This document shows, one piece after another, positions 29,036 to 39,341 of a DNA stretch of 56,305 nucleotides. The stretch lies in the NCBI GenBank assembly GCA_028718945.1, contig JAQUKT010000004.1, positions 1 through 56,305 on the forward strand, in the 5' to 3' direction. The notes beneath the pieces were generated by a model. The model did no database searches. It saw only the letters and a program-made list of their open reading frames with translations, and was not told where the DNA came from. Source of the DNA: Actinomycetota bacterium. Its GTDB lineage: Bacteria; Actinomycetota; Geothermincolia; Fen-727; JAQUKT01. Within the stretch, counting starts at the first letter, position 1. Each line of letters opens with the position of its first letter. Made by a program: the position numbers and the translations under genes.

Positions 29036-29893
29036 TTACTTGCTCTTATAGACTCTCAAAGGCACAAGCGCAGCAACAAGAATGTGAACCGATGTTGCGC
29101 CGCCCGAAAAAAGAGTGGAAGCACACTCGAGAACTGTCGCGCCCGTGGTCAAAACATCATCTACAAGAAGAACTCCCCGGTTTTTCTGTGCATCTCCAGA
29201 TACTTCGAAAGCGCCCTTGACATTCTGCTGGCGACCGGTACGTGGCAACTCGTCCTGATCAAAAGTTTTTCTTGTTTTTACCAGCAACGATGAGCACTTC
29301 CTTCCGAAATGCGAAGATACTGCGCGAGCGAGCAATTCCGCGGGGTTATAACCCCTTTCCGTGACCTTTTTCCTTTCGGATGGCACAAATGTAATTATAT
29401 CCGGGTGAGAAAATGAGGGGTCATTCCCGCAAGCAACCACCATCATTCTACCAAGTGGAATGGCACTCTCCCTGTAGCCGGACTTGAGTTTCATCACGAG
29501 TTCTCTTGTTTCTCCCCTGTACTCACCTCCCGCCCTTACGCCTGATACCTTGCAAATATCACAAATCTCTTCAAGGGCATACTCGTACTGGGATGTTTTC
29601 GTGGAAGAAACCTTTTTCTCAAGACAACTTGAGCAAAGTAACCCCGTGCCTTGCAAACCACAGCAGACACATTTTGAAGGGAAAACCAGTTCGATAAGCT
29701 CTCTTTTTGCTTGCTGAAGACCCTTTTTTGAACAAACGCTCAGTAGCAAAGGAGATTCACGCACCTGTTCTAACCGTTCCCGTAGGATTCCGCAGGAAAT
29801 GTTTTGGCAAGTTTTTGCTTGCTCTGCTAATATAGAATACAGGAATTCCCTAAATAAATCAAGAGCCGTGAAGACTATGGAGGCTTTTTTCAA
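29036..29893 (-). CDS. comF: ComF family amidophosphoribosyltransferase-like protein
   Basis: CVCCG/CSSC zinc motif, VP...RGYNPA, R..NVKGAF, LLVDDVLTTGAT; true start probably internal. Confidence 0.88.
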   Translation of the reverse strand: MKKASIVFTALDLFREFLYSILAEQAKTCQNISCGILRERLEQVRESPLLLSVCSKKGLQQAKRELIELVFPSKCVCCGLQGTGLLCSSCLEKKVSSTKTSQYEYALEEICDICKVSGVRAGGEYRGETRELVMKLKSGYRESAIPLGRMMVVACGNDPSFSHPDIITFVPSERKKVTERGYNPAELLARAVSSHFGRKCSSLLVKTRKTFDQDELPRTGRQQNVKGAFEVSGDAQKNRGVLLVDDVLTTGATVLECASTLFSGGATSVHILVAALVPLRVYKSK

Positions 29894-30926
29894 AGGGGGG
29901 TCTCGCTATCCCTTCCTCGGTTACTATTCCGGAGATATATTCTGCCGGGGTGATATCGAAAGCCGGATTGTAAACAGGAGCATTCTCGGGAGCAATTCTC
30001 AATCCCGAAATCGAGCGCACCTCTACCGGGTCTCTGCGTTCAATCTTTATTTCATCACCGCACCTGCATGAAAAATCCACAGTTGAAAGAGGAGCGGCAA
30101 TATAGAATGGAATCCCGTGCGCACGCGCGAGAACAGCAAGGCTGTATGTTCCAACCTTGTTAGCGGCATCGCCATTCAAGCAGATTCTGTCAGCCCCCGT
30201 TATGGCAAGGTTTATTTTACCCTCTCTCATGACCATTCCAGCCATTCCATCAGTCAGAAGAGTATATGGAACCCCGGCACGCTCGAGTTCCCATGACGAA
30301 AGCCTTGCTCCCTGAAGAAGGGGTCTGGTCTCATCTACATAGACATGGATTTTCTTGCCGCGCTTGTGCGCCTCGATGAGAATGCTCAAGGCAGTGCCAA
30401 ACCTGAGCGCAGCAAGCGCACCGGAATTACAATGAGTAATAATCCCTATTCCATCCTTGATGATTTCCTGCCCGACTTCGACGATTTTCTTGTTGGTCTC
30501 GACCGTAACGCTTGCAATTCTCATGGCACGTTCTTCAAGTTCCTCCATCAGTGTTTTTTCATCCACGCCCCAGGCTCCATCGAGCAATTCCTGCATCTGC
30601 TCGAGAGCCCAGAAGAGATTTCGAGCGGTAGGTCTTGTTGAGGCAATCAAATCAACTGCTTCTCTAACTGCCTTTATGATGCTTTCCGTATCTCCATGCG
30701 AGGAAATCGCTCCAAGAAGAACACCGAAAGCGGCAGCAATTCCAATAGCCATCGCCCCTCTTACGGAAAGCCTTTTTATGGCATTCGCAACTTCGGATGG
30801 AGTCCTCAACTCAAGAAATCTCAGATCGGATGGAAGCGCATTTTGGTCGAGAATGTAAAGTGCGCCGTTTTCGAATCTGATTGAGTCATCTTCGGTAAAC
30901 TGGAAAGATTCAAGTCCCAACTTCAT
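29859..30926 (-). CDS. mtnA: S-methyl-5-thioribose-1-phosphate isomerase
   Basis: LDQ, VRGA, RPTA.NL, THCNSGALA, ETRPLLQGARL, NKVGTY, NPAFDITP. Confidence 0.95.
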   Translation of the reverse strand: MKLGLESFQFTEDDSIRFENGALYILDQNALPSDLRFLELRTPSEVANAIKRLSVRGAMAIGIAAAFGVLLGAISSHGDTESIIKAVREAVDLIASTRPTARNLFWALEQMQELLDGAWGVDEKTLMEELEERAMRIASVTVETNKKIVEVGQEIIKDGIGIITHCNSGALAALRFGTALSILIEAHKRGKKIHVYVDETRPLLQGARLSSWELERAGVPYTLLTDGMAGMVMREGKINLAITGADRICLNGDAANKVGTYSLAVLARAHGIPFYIAAPLSTVDFSCRCGDEIKIERRDPVEVRSISGLRIAPENAPVYNPAFDITPAEYISGIVTEEGIARPPFEKSLHSLHGS

Positions 30927-31501
30927 TCGGAACCATTTCCCGAGGAAAGTATGAAAGCAATCTTACAACAAGCCTCCAGAGCCTCTGCTCTGTCAATCGC
31001 ATCATCAAGGTCCGTGCCCATGACAACGGGACCCTGCTGCTCGATGATAACAACATGATTTTCCCGCATCGCAGAACTCACCGCGCCTGCAAGCCCCGCG
31101 GTTCGAGGTCTGTAATAAGGCACAAAAGCAACGCCTCCAAGATTCTCGAGATGCGGCATTGCTTTCTCAACACCTTTCTTCCCCCTGTGAGCAAGAGCAA
31201 CCGCGTATGGGGAGTACACTCTTATCACAGCCTGGCATTCGTTCTGTGTTTTTAGAACCTGATAATGAATTGCGGTGTCATCACTGAGGGACTTTCGCTT
31301 CTCATCCTGCGCGATGCCTTCTCCATTCAAAACAATGAGATCGTCCTCGCATAAACTACCGAGTCTGGAGCCCTTTCGGGTAATCACAATCTCATTCTCA
31401 CTTAGTCTCGAACCAATCGATCCAAGGGTCCCCGCTACAAGACCGGAAGCATACATTCTCTTTCCCGCGGAAATCATCGCGTCTTTTCTGCGCAGCTTCA
31501 A
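30923..31501 (-). CDS. Class II aldolase/adducin-fold protein with degenerate active site
   Basis: FucA-like overall pattern (GLVAG..G, IT..G, SPYA.A, PY.RP, DLDDA.DRAE.LE) with the metal ligands replaced. Confidence 0.8.
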   Translation of the reverse strand: MKLRRKDAMISAGKRMYASGLVAGTLGSIGSRLSENEIVITRKGSRLGSLCEDDLIVLNGEGIAQDEKRKSLSDDTAIHYQVLKTQNECQAVIRVYSPYAVALAHRGKKGVEKAMPHLENLGGVAFVPYYRPRTAGLAGAVSSAMRENHVVIIEQQGPVVMGTDLDDAIDRAEALEACCKIAFILSSGNGSE

Positions 31502-31513
31502 AAAACCACCTCT

Positions 31514-32770
31514 CTATGTTCCAAGAGTCCAGGACTCGAGGTAATCTTTCTGCTCGGGGGTAAGCTGGTCTATTTCTATGCCAAGCGTTTCGAGCTTGAG
31601 CCTTGCAATTTCGCTGTCAATATCAGCGGGAACCCTGTAAACCTTCCTTTCGAGATCATTAGAGTTCGAGAGCGCGTATTCCACAGACAGCGCCTGATTT
31701 GAGAAACTCAAATCCATGACACAGGCTGGATGCCCCTCGGCTGCCGCGAGATTCACGAGCCTTCCCTCACCGAGCAGATATACTCTTCTCCCATCAGAAA
31801 GGCGAAATTCCTCAACATGCTCCCTTATCCTAATTCTGCTTTCACACATGCTCTCAAGTGCAGGAATGTCTATCTCGACGTCAAAATGCCCTGAATTGCA
31901 GACAACTGCCCTGTCCTTCATGAGATCGAAGTGCTCGCGCCTTATCACATGTTTGTCGCCAGTGGCAGTGATAAAGATGTCTCCCCTTCGTGCCGCCTCG
32001 AGGGAACTCATGACCTCAAATCCATCCATTACCGCTTCTAATGCTTTCAACGAATCAACTTCCACCACAATAACATTAGAGCCCATGCCCTTTGCCCTCG
32101 AAGATATTCCTTTGCCGCACATGCCATATCCAAAGACAACGAGCACTCTTCCAGCAAGAAGCAGGTTCGTGGCGCGAATTATTCCGTCGAGTGTTGACTG
32201 ACCAGTTCCATACCGGTTGTCAAAGAGATGCTTAGAGTATGCGTCATTCACGGCAATCACGGGATAGAGAAGCACTCCCATCTTCTCCATGCTTTTGAGC
32301 CTTATTACCCCGGTGGTCGTCTCCTCTGTTCCAACTAAGACTCTTTTTGCGCGCTCCTCATACTTCCTGTGAAAAGTGGTGATGAGGTCCGCTCCATCAT
32401 CCATGGTAACAACGGGCTCGCGTGAAAGGACGCTTTCTATGTGCTGGTAATAAGTTTCGCCATCCTCCCCCTTTCTCGCGAACACACTGATTCCAAAATC
32501 CCTGACAAGCGAAGCGGCAACATCATCCTGGGTTGACAGAGGATTTGACGCGCAAAGGAAAACCTCCGCACCGCCAGCCTTGAGTGTTATCGCGAGATTC
32601 GCTGTTTCACTCGTCACATGAAGACACGCGCCAATTCTCGTTCCTTTGAGGGGTTTTGTAGCCTCGAATCTCTTTCTTATCGACTCGAGGACTCTCATTT
32701 CAAGACCAGCCCACTCGATACGCTTCCTACCCGAAGAGGCAAGTTCAATATCCGTTATGTCGTAGTCCAC
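31514..32770 (-). CDS. ahcY: Adenosylhomocysteinase
   Basis: [46 protein letters not shown]. Confidence 0.97.
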   Translation of the reverse strand: MDYDITDIELASSGRKRIEWAGLEMRVLESIRKRFEATKPLKGTRIGACLHVTSETANLAITLKAGGAEVFLCASNPLSTQDDVAASLVRDFGISVFARKGEDGETYYQHIESVLSREPVVTMDDGADLITTFHRKYEERAKRVLVGTEETTTGVIRLKSMEKMGVLLYPVIAVNDAYSKHLFDNRYGTGQSTLDGIIRATNLLLAGRVLVVFGYGMCGKGISSRAKGMGSNVIVVEVDSLKALEAVMDGFEVMSSLEAARRGDIFITATGDKHVIRREHFDLMKDRAVVCNSGHFDVEIDIPALESMCESRIRIREHVEEFRLSDGRRVYLLGEGRLVNLAAAEGHPACVMDLSFSNQALSVEYALSNSNDLERKVYRVPADIDSEIARLKLETLGIEIDQLTPEQKDYLESWTLGT

Positions 32771-32824
32771 TTTTCCCCTTTCTCTTTTGATTTCATCATG
32801 ACTCTCTTGAGATATTAACGGAGT

Positions 32825-33679
32825 TCAAGCTATCAAAGCAACTCTCTCGATGAGACTATCGAGAAAGCCTTTCAGCTCTCCTACACTCTCGCGCACCCTG
32901 TTCAAAACAAACTCGTGTGTGATGCCAGAGGATGTCTGTGGAAGCAAAACATTCGAAATACAGGAAAGAGCGCCAACTTTCAATCCCGCGTACGCAGCAA
33001 TCAATGCCTCAGGAGCAACTGACATTCCAACCAGGTCCGCCCCAAAAATCCTCAAGAGCGCCGCTTCGGCACCTGTCTCGTAACTTGGTCCGGGAACATA
33101 AGCATAAACTCCTCTTTCAACTCTCGAACCCTGCGGTAAACTCTTTTCAATCGCTTCCTTGATATCGTCCTGATAGATACTGGAAGCAGAAACATGGACA
33201 GATTTTTCATGCCTGTTAGTAATGCCTCTCAACGGATTCTCGCCAAAAAGCAATATGTGGTCATCTACGATTATGAAATCACCCAAGATATACGCGGGAT
33301 TGAGTCCGCCAGCAGCAGAAAACAGGATGATTTTCCTGACCCCCGACAATGCATAAGCAAGAATCGGGAAACAGGCCTCAAGCATTGAATATCCTTCATA
33401 AAAGTGAGCACGCCCGACCTGAACAAGCACCTCACCGTAAACGGTGTCAACGACTCCAACATGCCCTTCGTGCCCTGGCACGCGAGGAACGGGGAAATTA
33501 GGAATCGACCTGAAATCCATATATCCTGCATTAAAATTTCTTCCCTCGAGAATAGCGTCCCAGCCAGTCCCTAAGATCAAAGCTATTTCGGGAATCTTCC
33601 CCAAGGAGGATTCAAGGTAATGCGCGGAATTTTCTGCAAGTCCCCAGGTGGATGGCAGCGTAATTTCAGGCATCCTCAC
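32825..33679 (-). CDS. Purine nucleoside phosphorylase (trimeric type)
   Basis: VPGHEG, GRAHFYEG, AAGGL, GPSYET, GADLVGMS. Confidence 0.9.
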   Translation of the reverse strand: MRMPEITLPSTWGLAENSAHYLESSLGKIPEIALILGTGWDAILEGRNFNAGYMDFRSIPNFPVPRVPGHEGHVGVVDTVYGEVLVQVGRAHFYEGYSMLEACFPILAYALSGVRKIILFSAAGGLNPAYILGDFIIVDDHILLFGENPLRGITNRHEKSVHVSASSIYQDDIKEAIEKSLPQGSRVERGVYAYVPGPSYETGAEAALLRIFGADLVGMSVAPEALIAAYAGLKVGALSCISNVLLPQTSSGITHEFVLNRVRESVGELKGFLDSLIERVALIA

Positions 33680-34779
33680 TCACCTGAAAAAACACCCAGT
33701 CGCTTTTTCAACTCTTCGATTCGAGTTACCGGAGTTGGGTCTGTCCCGTAGGCGATGGCAAGATACGCGCTTGTGAAATCACCGAAATATATGATGTCAA
33801 GCATTCTTTCAATTCCGTTTTCACCTCTCGAAAAAACCTGGGTCATGCGCCCCACGAATTCCCCAATGAGTTCCATGGTTATTTCTATTCGCGCGGAAAC
33901 CCTCTTGTTCTCTCCTGAGTCTCTCAAGAAAATCAGATGAGCCAAAGACCATACACTCTCGAGATTCTGCCATCCAACGGTCTCGTTGTGATTGAGTTCA
34001 GGAAATGAATTGTAGAACGCCAATACTTTGCTATTCTCGTTGAACTGACATTTCCAGCGCTCGGCTACCACCATGTTCGGTCCTTCGGAGCCATAAACAA
34101 CCGGCATATACCCAAAAAGGTCTTTCGCAAGCCTCTTCGTTGGATTTTCTTCCACGGGTTTACCGGGAGAGAATTCCTTCGAACGAGCCTCCAACAAAGA
34201 AATAGAACCTTTGATCTTAGGAGTAACATCCTTGATGAGGTGAAGCTTCTCGAGCGCGCAAACGATTGGAACAAAAAGATAGGCAAGCGCCGCCCTCGGC
34301 TGAAAACCAGACGCGATATGAAAAACTGGTAGCCCTTTTGACGAGGCAATGTCGAGAAGCTTCCCGCCGCTCGTAATGGCTATGATTTTTGCCTTTCTTT
34401 CAATGGATTTTTCAACACAGGTCAAAGTCTCTTCCGTGTTTCCGGAGTAACTTACCGCAAAAACAAGACTGTTCTCTCCAACAAACTCCGGAAGCTCGTA
34501 TCCCTTGACGGGAAGGCATGGAAGAAAAAGACCACTTTCCGGTAAATTCGCAACTATATCCCCGGAAATCCCCGAGCCGCCCATTCCGAGGACGATAACA
34601 TTACTTATCTTTCCCATTTCGGGTATTTCTGTGGAAGAACCTATATCAAGCGCATGACGAATTTGCTCCGGAAAACGCGATAGCGTCTCGAGCATCCCTT
34701 CAGAATCAATTTGTTTCATTGCCCCGACATCATCAAGGTCTATCATCTTTCTCCATCCCGGTTTACAAATTTCGGTCAA
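33676..34779 (-). CDS. Bifunctional phosphoglucose/phosphomannose isomerase
   Basis: GMGGSG, SYSGNTEETL, QPRAA, WKCQFNENSK, PELNHNE. Confidence 0.93.
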   Translation of the reverse strand: MTEICKPGWRKMIDLDDVGAMKQIDSEGMLETLSRFPEQIRHALDIGSSTEIPEMGKISNVIVLGMGGSGISGDIVANLPESGLFLPCLPVKGYELPEFVGENSLVFAVSYSGNTEETLTCVEKSIERKAKIIAITSGGKLLDIASSKGLPVFHIASGFQPRAALAYLFVPIVCALEKLHLIKDVTPKIKGSISLLEARSKEFSPGKPVEENPTKRLAKDLFGYMPVVYGSEGPNMVVAERWKCQFNENSKVLAFYNSFPELNHNETVGWQNLESVWSLAHLIFLRDSGENKRVSARIEITMELIGEFVGRMTQVFSRGENGIERMLDIIYFGDFTSAYLAIAYGTDPTPVTRIEELKKRLGVFSGE

Positions 34780-36208
34780 CAGAGTAAATCAACTTCTCGC
34801 CCTCTTTCACAAGAGCCTCTACTTCGGCTTCGGAGGTCGCCTCTGAATATATCCGCACCACCGATTCGGTTCCGGAAACCCTCAACATCAGCCAAGAGCC
34901 ATCCTCCCTGTGAAACTTGAGTCCATCTATGGTCTCCGCATCCACCACCTTCTGACCTCCGATCTCGGAGGGTCTCAAATTCGGAAGGCTTGAAAGTAGC
35001 GATGCCTTCTGTGAGTGAGTTAATTCGATGTCCTTCCTCAGGTATACAAATTTCCTTCCGAGCTCTTCCATCAAACTGGTTATCAGCTGTCCAAGAGTTT
35101 TTTTATGAGTTGCCATAATCTCGATGAGAAGAAGACCAACAAGAATTCCATCTCTTTCGGGTATGTGATTCTTGATTCCGGTACCGCCTGATTCCTCTCC
35201 ACCAATCAATATGTCCTCCTCGAGCATCAAATCGCAAATGTGCTTGAAGCCAACCGGCACCACGTGCAGTTTCAAATCATATCGCTCGCAGAGTCTATCT
35301 ATCATGCTGGTTGTTGAAACGGTCTTCACGACATTACCGGTCCAACCGCGCTGCTCGATTAGGTGCTTGAGTAGAAGCGCAAAAACCATGTGCGAGCTTA
35401 TGAACATTCCGGAAGCGTCAATCGCGGTAACGCGGTCAGCGTCGCCGTCCACCGCGATCCCAGCATGACATCCCCGTCGAACAACTGCTTCTCTCAAGTC
35501 ATTCAAATTGGAGCCAATCGGCTCCGGCTGAAGACCCGGGAAGAGTGGGTTGTGAACACCATGGATTTCCTCGCAGGAAAGACCAAGCGTCTCGAGAGCT
35601 CTCTTCATGAGTCCCTGCCCGGCACCGTACATCGGGTCGAAGGTTATTTTCAAGTCGCCGGCATTTGAGATTTTCTCCGGATCAACCAAAGAGACGACTT
35701 TTTCAAGATATCGCGGTATCGGTTCAAAGAGCTCTATTTTCCCCTCTTTCAGGGCATCCTCGAACAGGACATCCGGTCTTGGGGGTGGCGAATTTTCGAG
35801 TATCCTCAGCTCCTTTTCTATTTCAGAAGTTATGGCAGTCGAAGCAGAGCCACCGTAAGGAGCCTTGAATTTTATGCCATCGTATCTGGGGGGGTTGTGA
35901 CTTGCGGTTATCATAATCGCGCCATCCGTCTTCATGTCCATGGTTGCAAATGAAATTGATGGAGTTGGAACAAAAGTTTTTGAGATACGAACCTTTATGT
36001 TGTGTTCAGAGGCTGCCAGTGCGGAAACTTGAGCGAATCGGTCAGAAGAGAAGCGTGTGTCATATCCAATCAAGAGCTCAGGGATTCCTGAAGAATGTTT
36101 CAAAACGTACCTTGAAATTGCGCACGCAACCAACCACACTTTGTCGTAGGTAAAATCCTCAGCGATTACTCCCCGCCATCCATCCGTCCCGAAACTTATC
36201 GGCTCCAT
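34763..36208 (-). CDS. Phosphoglucomutase/phosphomannomutase
   Basis: FGTDGWRG, TASHNP, DGDADR, GGEESGG, R.SGTE. Confidence 0.95.
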   Translation of the reverse strand: MEPISFGTDGWRGVIAEDFTYDKVWLVACAISRYVLKHSSGIPELLIGYDTRFSSDRFAQVSALAASEHNIKVRISKTFVPTPSISFATMDMKTDGAIMITASHNPPRYDGIKFKAPYGGSASTAITSEIEKELRILENSPPPRPDVLFEDALKEGKIELFEPIPRYLEKVVSLVDPEKISNAGDLKITFDPMYGAGQGLMKRALETLGLSCEEIHGVHNPLFPGLQPEPIGSNLNDLREAVVRRGCHAGIAVDGDADRVTAIDASGMFISSHMVFALLLKHLIEQRGWTGNVVKTVSTTSMIDRLCERYDLKLHVVPVGFKHICDLMLEEDILIGGEESGGTGIKNHIPERDGILVGLLLIEIMATHKKTLGQLITSLMEELGRKFVYLRKDIELTHSQKASLLSSLPNLRPSEIGGQKVVDAETIDGLKFHREDGSWLMLRVSGTESVVRIYSEATSEAEVEALVKEGEKLIYSVDRNL

Positions 36209-36223
36209 CTATACCCACGCCCT

Positions 36224-37183
36224 TCATACCCTTTCTCTCCAGTAGTTGAGAAGGTCCTCGAGAGTCTTCTCAAAAGGAATACCTGGTTCCCATCCTGTCG
36301 CCCTTCTAAATTTTGTGGCATCAGCCTCAAGGATCATGACATCAGAAGGGCGCATCCTTGACGAATCCTCCCTCACCTCTATTTCAACATCGCTCAACTT
36401 CAAGAGAATATCAAGCATTTCTCTTATGGTTACCGCTTTTCCGCTGCCGATGTTATAGACCTCGCCAGGCTCGCACTTTCCCGCCGCAAGCCAGTATGCC
36501 CTTATCATGTCTCGAACATCAGTAAAATCTCGTTTTGCCTTCAGGTTTCCAACATAGATAACCGGTTCATGTTTGCCCTTTTCAATGACCGCTATTTGCT
36601 TTGCGAAATTACTTGAAACAAAAACTTCCCCGCGCCTCGGTCCCGTATGATTGAAAGCGCGGGTTCTTATGGCTTGAAGACCGTAACTCTTGTGATATTG
36701 ATAACCAAGTAGGTCCTGTCCAACCTTACTGACTCCATAGGGGCTGAGCGGCCTCAAAGGATTCGTTTCACTTATCGGAATCTCGTTCTCATATACCATT
36801 CCATATTCCTCACTCGAACCCGCTATCTGAATTTTCGTGTCAAATAACTTCAAATCACGCATTGCCTCAAAAACATTTATCTCGCTCACCAAATTGGTAA
36901 CAACTGTTTCAACGGGAGCCTTCCATGAAGTTGGAACGAAACTCTGCGCCGCAAGATGAAAAATGTAATCCGGCTTTGCTTCGGCAAGACAGTGCCTTAC
37001 CGCAACAGTGTCCTTCAAATCACAGTCAAAAAGCTTCATTGCGCCTTCTGGTATCTGCGATAGGTTGTCCATCCTGCTTCTCCAGCGAACCGTTCCAAAT
37101 AACTCGACATCCCCTCTTGAAAGACAATACTCAGCAAGATGACTCCCAACAAATCCAGTAACGCCAGTAATGAGAACTCTCAA
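36224..37183 (-). CDS. GDP-sugar dehydratase/reductase SDR (Rmd-like), paralog 1
   Basis: TGVTGFVG, HLAAQS, SSEEYG, YGVSK, RAFNHTGP, RDFTDVRD. Confidence 0.88.
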   Translation of the reverse strand: MRVLITGVTGFVGSHLAEYCLSRGDVELFGTVRWRSRMDNLSQIPEGAMKLFDCDLKDTVAVRHCLAEAKPDYIFHLAAQSFVPTSWKAPVETVVTNLVSEINVFEAMRDLKLFDTKIQIAGSSEEYGMVYENEIPISETNPLRPLSPYGVSKVGQDLLGYQYHKSYGLQAIRTRAFNHTGPRRGEVFVSSNFAKQIAVIEKGKHEPVIYVGNLKAKRDFTDVRDMIRAYWLAAGKCEPGEVYNIGSGKAVTIREMLDILLKLSDVEIEVREDSSRMRPSDVMILEADATKFRRATGWEPGIPFEKTLEDLLNYWRERV

Positions 37184-37218
37184 AAATACCTCCTCACCAA
37201 AAAGCCTATATGGAAGCG

Positions 37219-38340
37219 CTACTTTGAAAACCTTATTTTCCTCGAGCCAACCACTGCATCAGGCCAGATGCGAATACCCCTTCGGAGCTCGTTTCCCTCA
37301 CCGATTTCGACATTATCCCCTAAAACAGCTTCCTCCGCAATATGAGTCTCGTCTCCTATCTTCGTATTCCTGCCAATAATGCTTCTTTCAACAATGCATC
37401 CTTTCCCCAAGCTTGACCCGTAGAGCACCACCGAACCCTCAACCTTCGAGCCTGCGCCAACAACTACGCCATCGCCAAGTGTCGTCAGGGGTCCGACACG
37501 CGCTCCTTTTGAAACCTTCACATTGTTGCCAACAACAACCGGAGGATGGAGTTCAGCAGTCTCAGAAACTATGAAGTCAGCACCGGCAAAAATCCCCTGT
37601 CTCACTTCATTTGCATTCAGAGGAACATTTATCTTCCCTTCGAGAATGTCATGATGCGCGGCGAGATATTTGGAAGGTGTCCCGAGGTCGAGCCAGTAAC
37701 AATCAGATGGATACCCGTACATGGGAACTCCTCTATCGAGCAGGGATGGAAAAAGTTCGCGTTCGAAGGAATAATTCTTCCCGGGAGGAACTTCCTCCAG
37801 GACCCCTGGCTCGAGGACATACGTTCCAGCGTTTATCAGGTTGGTAACAACCTCATCCCACGATGGTTTTTCAAGAAATTCCTTTATTCTGCCATCGCCC
37901 TCGAGTGGAACGAGGCCATACGCGGTGGGGTCATCAACTGGAGTCAGGGTGATTGTTACCTTCGCCTCCTTTTCCCGGTGGTACTCAAAAAGCGCGTTGA
38001 TATCGAGGTCCGTAAGGATATCGCCGTTGCACACGATAAAAGCCTCATCCCCAACATATTGCTCTACATTTTTTACCGCCCCACACGTGCCGAGCGGTTC
38101 CTTCTCGGTAACGTGAACGAGCTTCATGCCGAGCTTCTCACCAGTTCCAAAGTAATTATCAAAGAGTTCTGGCAAATATCCGGTAGAGAGAATCACTTCC
38201 TCAACACCGTATTCCCTCAAATGCAGAAGCTCGATCTCGAGAAATGGTATGTTTACAAGTGGCAAGAGAGGCTTCGGCGTGGTGATTGTAAGTGGTCTCA
38301 GGCGCGTACCGAATCCACCAACGAGCATCACCGCTTTCAC
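37219..38340 (-). CDS. Mannose-1-phosphate guanylyltransferase / NDP-sugar synthase
   Basis: GGFGTRLRPLT..PKPL, LGTCG, NGD, EKP, INAGTY, C-terminal hexapeptide repeats. Confidence 0.92.
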   Translation of the reverse strand: MKAVMLVGGFGTRLRPLTITTPKPLLPLVNIPFLEIELLHLREYGVEEVILSTGYLPELFDNYFGTGEKLGMKLVHVTEKEPLGTCGAVKNVEQYVGDEAFIVCNGDILTDLDINALFEYHREKEAKVTITLTPVDDPTAYGLVPLEGDGRIKEFLEKPSWDEVVTNLINAGTYVLEPGVLEEVPPGKNYSFERELFPSLLDRGVPMYGYPSDCYWLDLGTPSKYLAAHHDILEGKINVPLNANEVRQGIFAGADFIVSETAELHPPVVVGNNVKVSKGARVGPLTTLGDGVVVGAGSKVEGSVVLYGSSLGKGCIVERSIIGRNTKIGDETHIAEEAVLGDNVEIGEGNELRRGIRIWPDAVVGSRKIRFSK

Positions 38341-38381
38341 TTATCCACCTCCTCGAGCAAGTTCTTTGTCCAACCAGTCTA

Positions 38382-39341
38382 TTATCCACCAACGCATGAC
38401 CGCCAGTAGGAAAGAGTATCCGCAAGAGTTTTTTCAAGTGGAATCTCGGGTTTCCAGCCTGTTTCTTCCCTTATCCTTCTTGCGTCGCCAAGTACAACGG
38501 GAATGTCGCTCGGTCTTGCTCTCTCCGGGTCCTCCTCTACCTTTATCTCGAGTTTCGCCATGCCAAGCAAAGTTCTTAGAATGTCATCAATCTGAACGGC
38601 GCTTTCGCTGCAGACGTTATATACCACCCCTCCCCTTCCCTTCTCCATCAAAAGCCTCAAAGCTCGAACGGTGTCCCGAACGTCGGTAAAATCTCTGCGC
38701 GCTTTTAAGTTTCCCACCTTTATTACGGGCTCCTTGATGCCAGCTTCGATTTCAGCAATCTGTTTCGCAAATGCAGAAACCACAAAATCCACGGATTGTG
38801 CGGGTCCGGCCTGATTGAAACTTCTCGTCACTATGACTCGCCATGAAAAAACCCTTTCGTACATGAGCCCCAACATCTCCTGACAAACCTTGCTCACGGC
38901 ATAGTGGCTCGTCGGCCTCAAGGGAAAATCTTCTCCAACAGGCATACCTTCAGCCATCCCGTATTCCTCACTCGAACAGGCAATATGGATGGAAGTCTTG
39001 ATCCCGAGCTCTCTCAAAGCTTCGAGCAGATTCAACTGCCCAAAGATATTCACCCGATAGGTTTCCACTGGATTCGCCCATGAACCCGCAACAGAAGCAA
39101 GCGCGGCAAGGTGAAAAATCGCATCGGGCTGGTAATCCCTCAAGAATTCCAAAACTTCCGCGTATTGGGTAATGTCAAGAACTCGATAACCAAGTTTCTT
39201 GCTTTCGGAAAGCGGTTTTCCCCTCAATCCTATTCCCTTGATCTCCGATTCCCAGAAACGTTCGATTTCATCTATCAGATGAAAGGCAACAAAGCCATCC
39301 GCCCCGGTTATCAGAACTCTTTTGAACTCAACTGGTTTCAT
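38382..39341 (-). CDS. GDP-sugar dehydratase/reductase SDR (Rmd-like), paralog 2
   Basis: TGADGFVA, HLAA, SSEEYG, YAVSK, RSFNQAGP, RDFTDVRD. Confidence 0.88.
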   Translation of the reverse strand: MKPVEFKRVLITGADGFVAFHLIDEIERFWESEIKGIGLRGKPLSESKKLGYRVLDITQYAEVLEFLRDYQPDAIFHLAALASVAGSWANPVETYRVNIFGQLNLLEALRELGIKTSIHIACSSEEYGMAEGMPVGEDFPLRPTSHYAVSKVCQEMLGLMYERVFSWRVIVTRSFNQAGPAQSVDFVVSAFAKQIAEIEAGIKEPVIKVGNLKARRDFTDVRDTVRALRLLMEKGRGGVVYNVCSESAVQIDDILRTLLGMAKLEIKVEEDPERARPSDIPVVLGDARRIREETGWKPEIPLEKTLADTLSYWRSCVGG

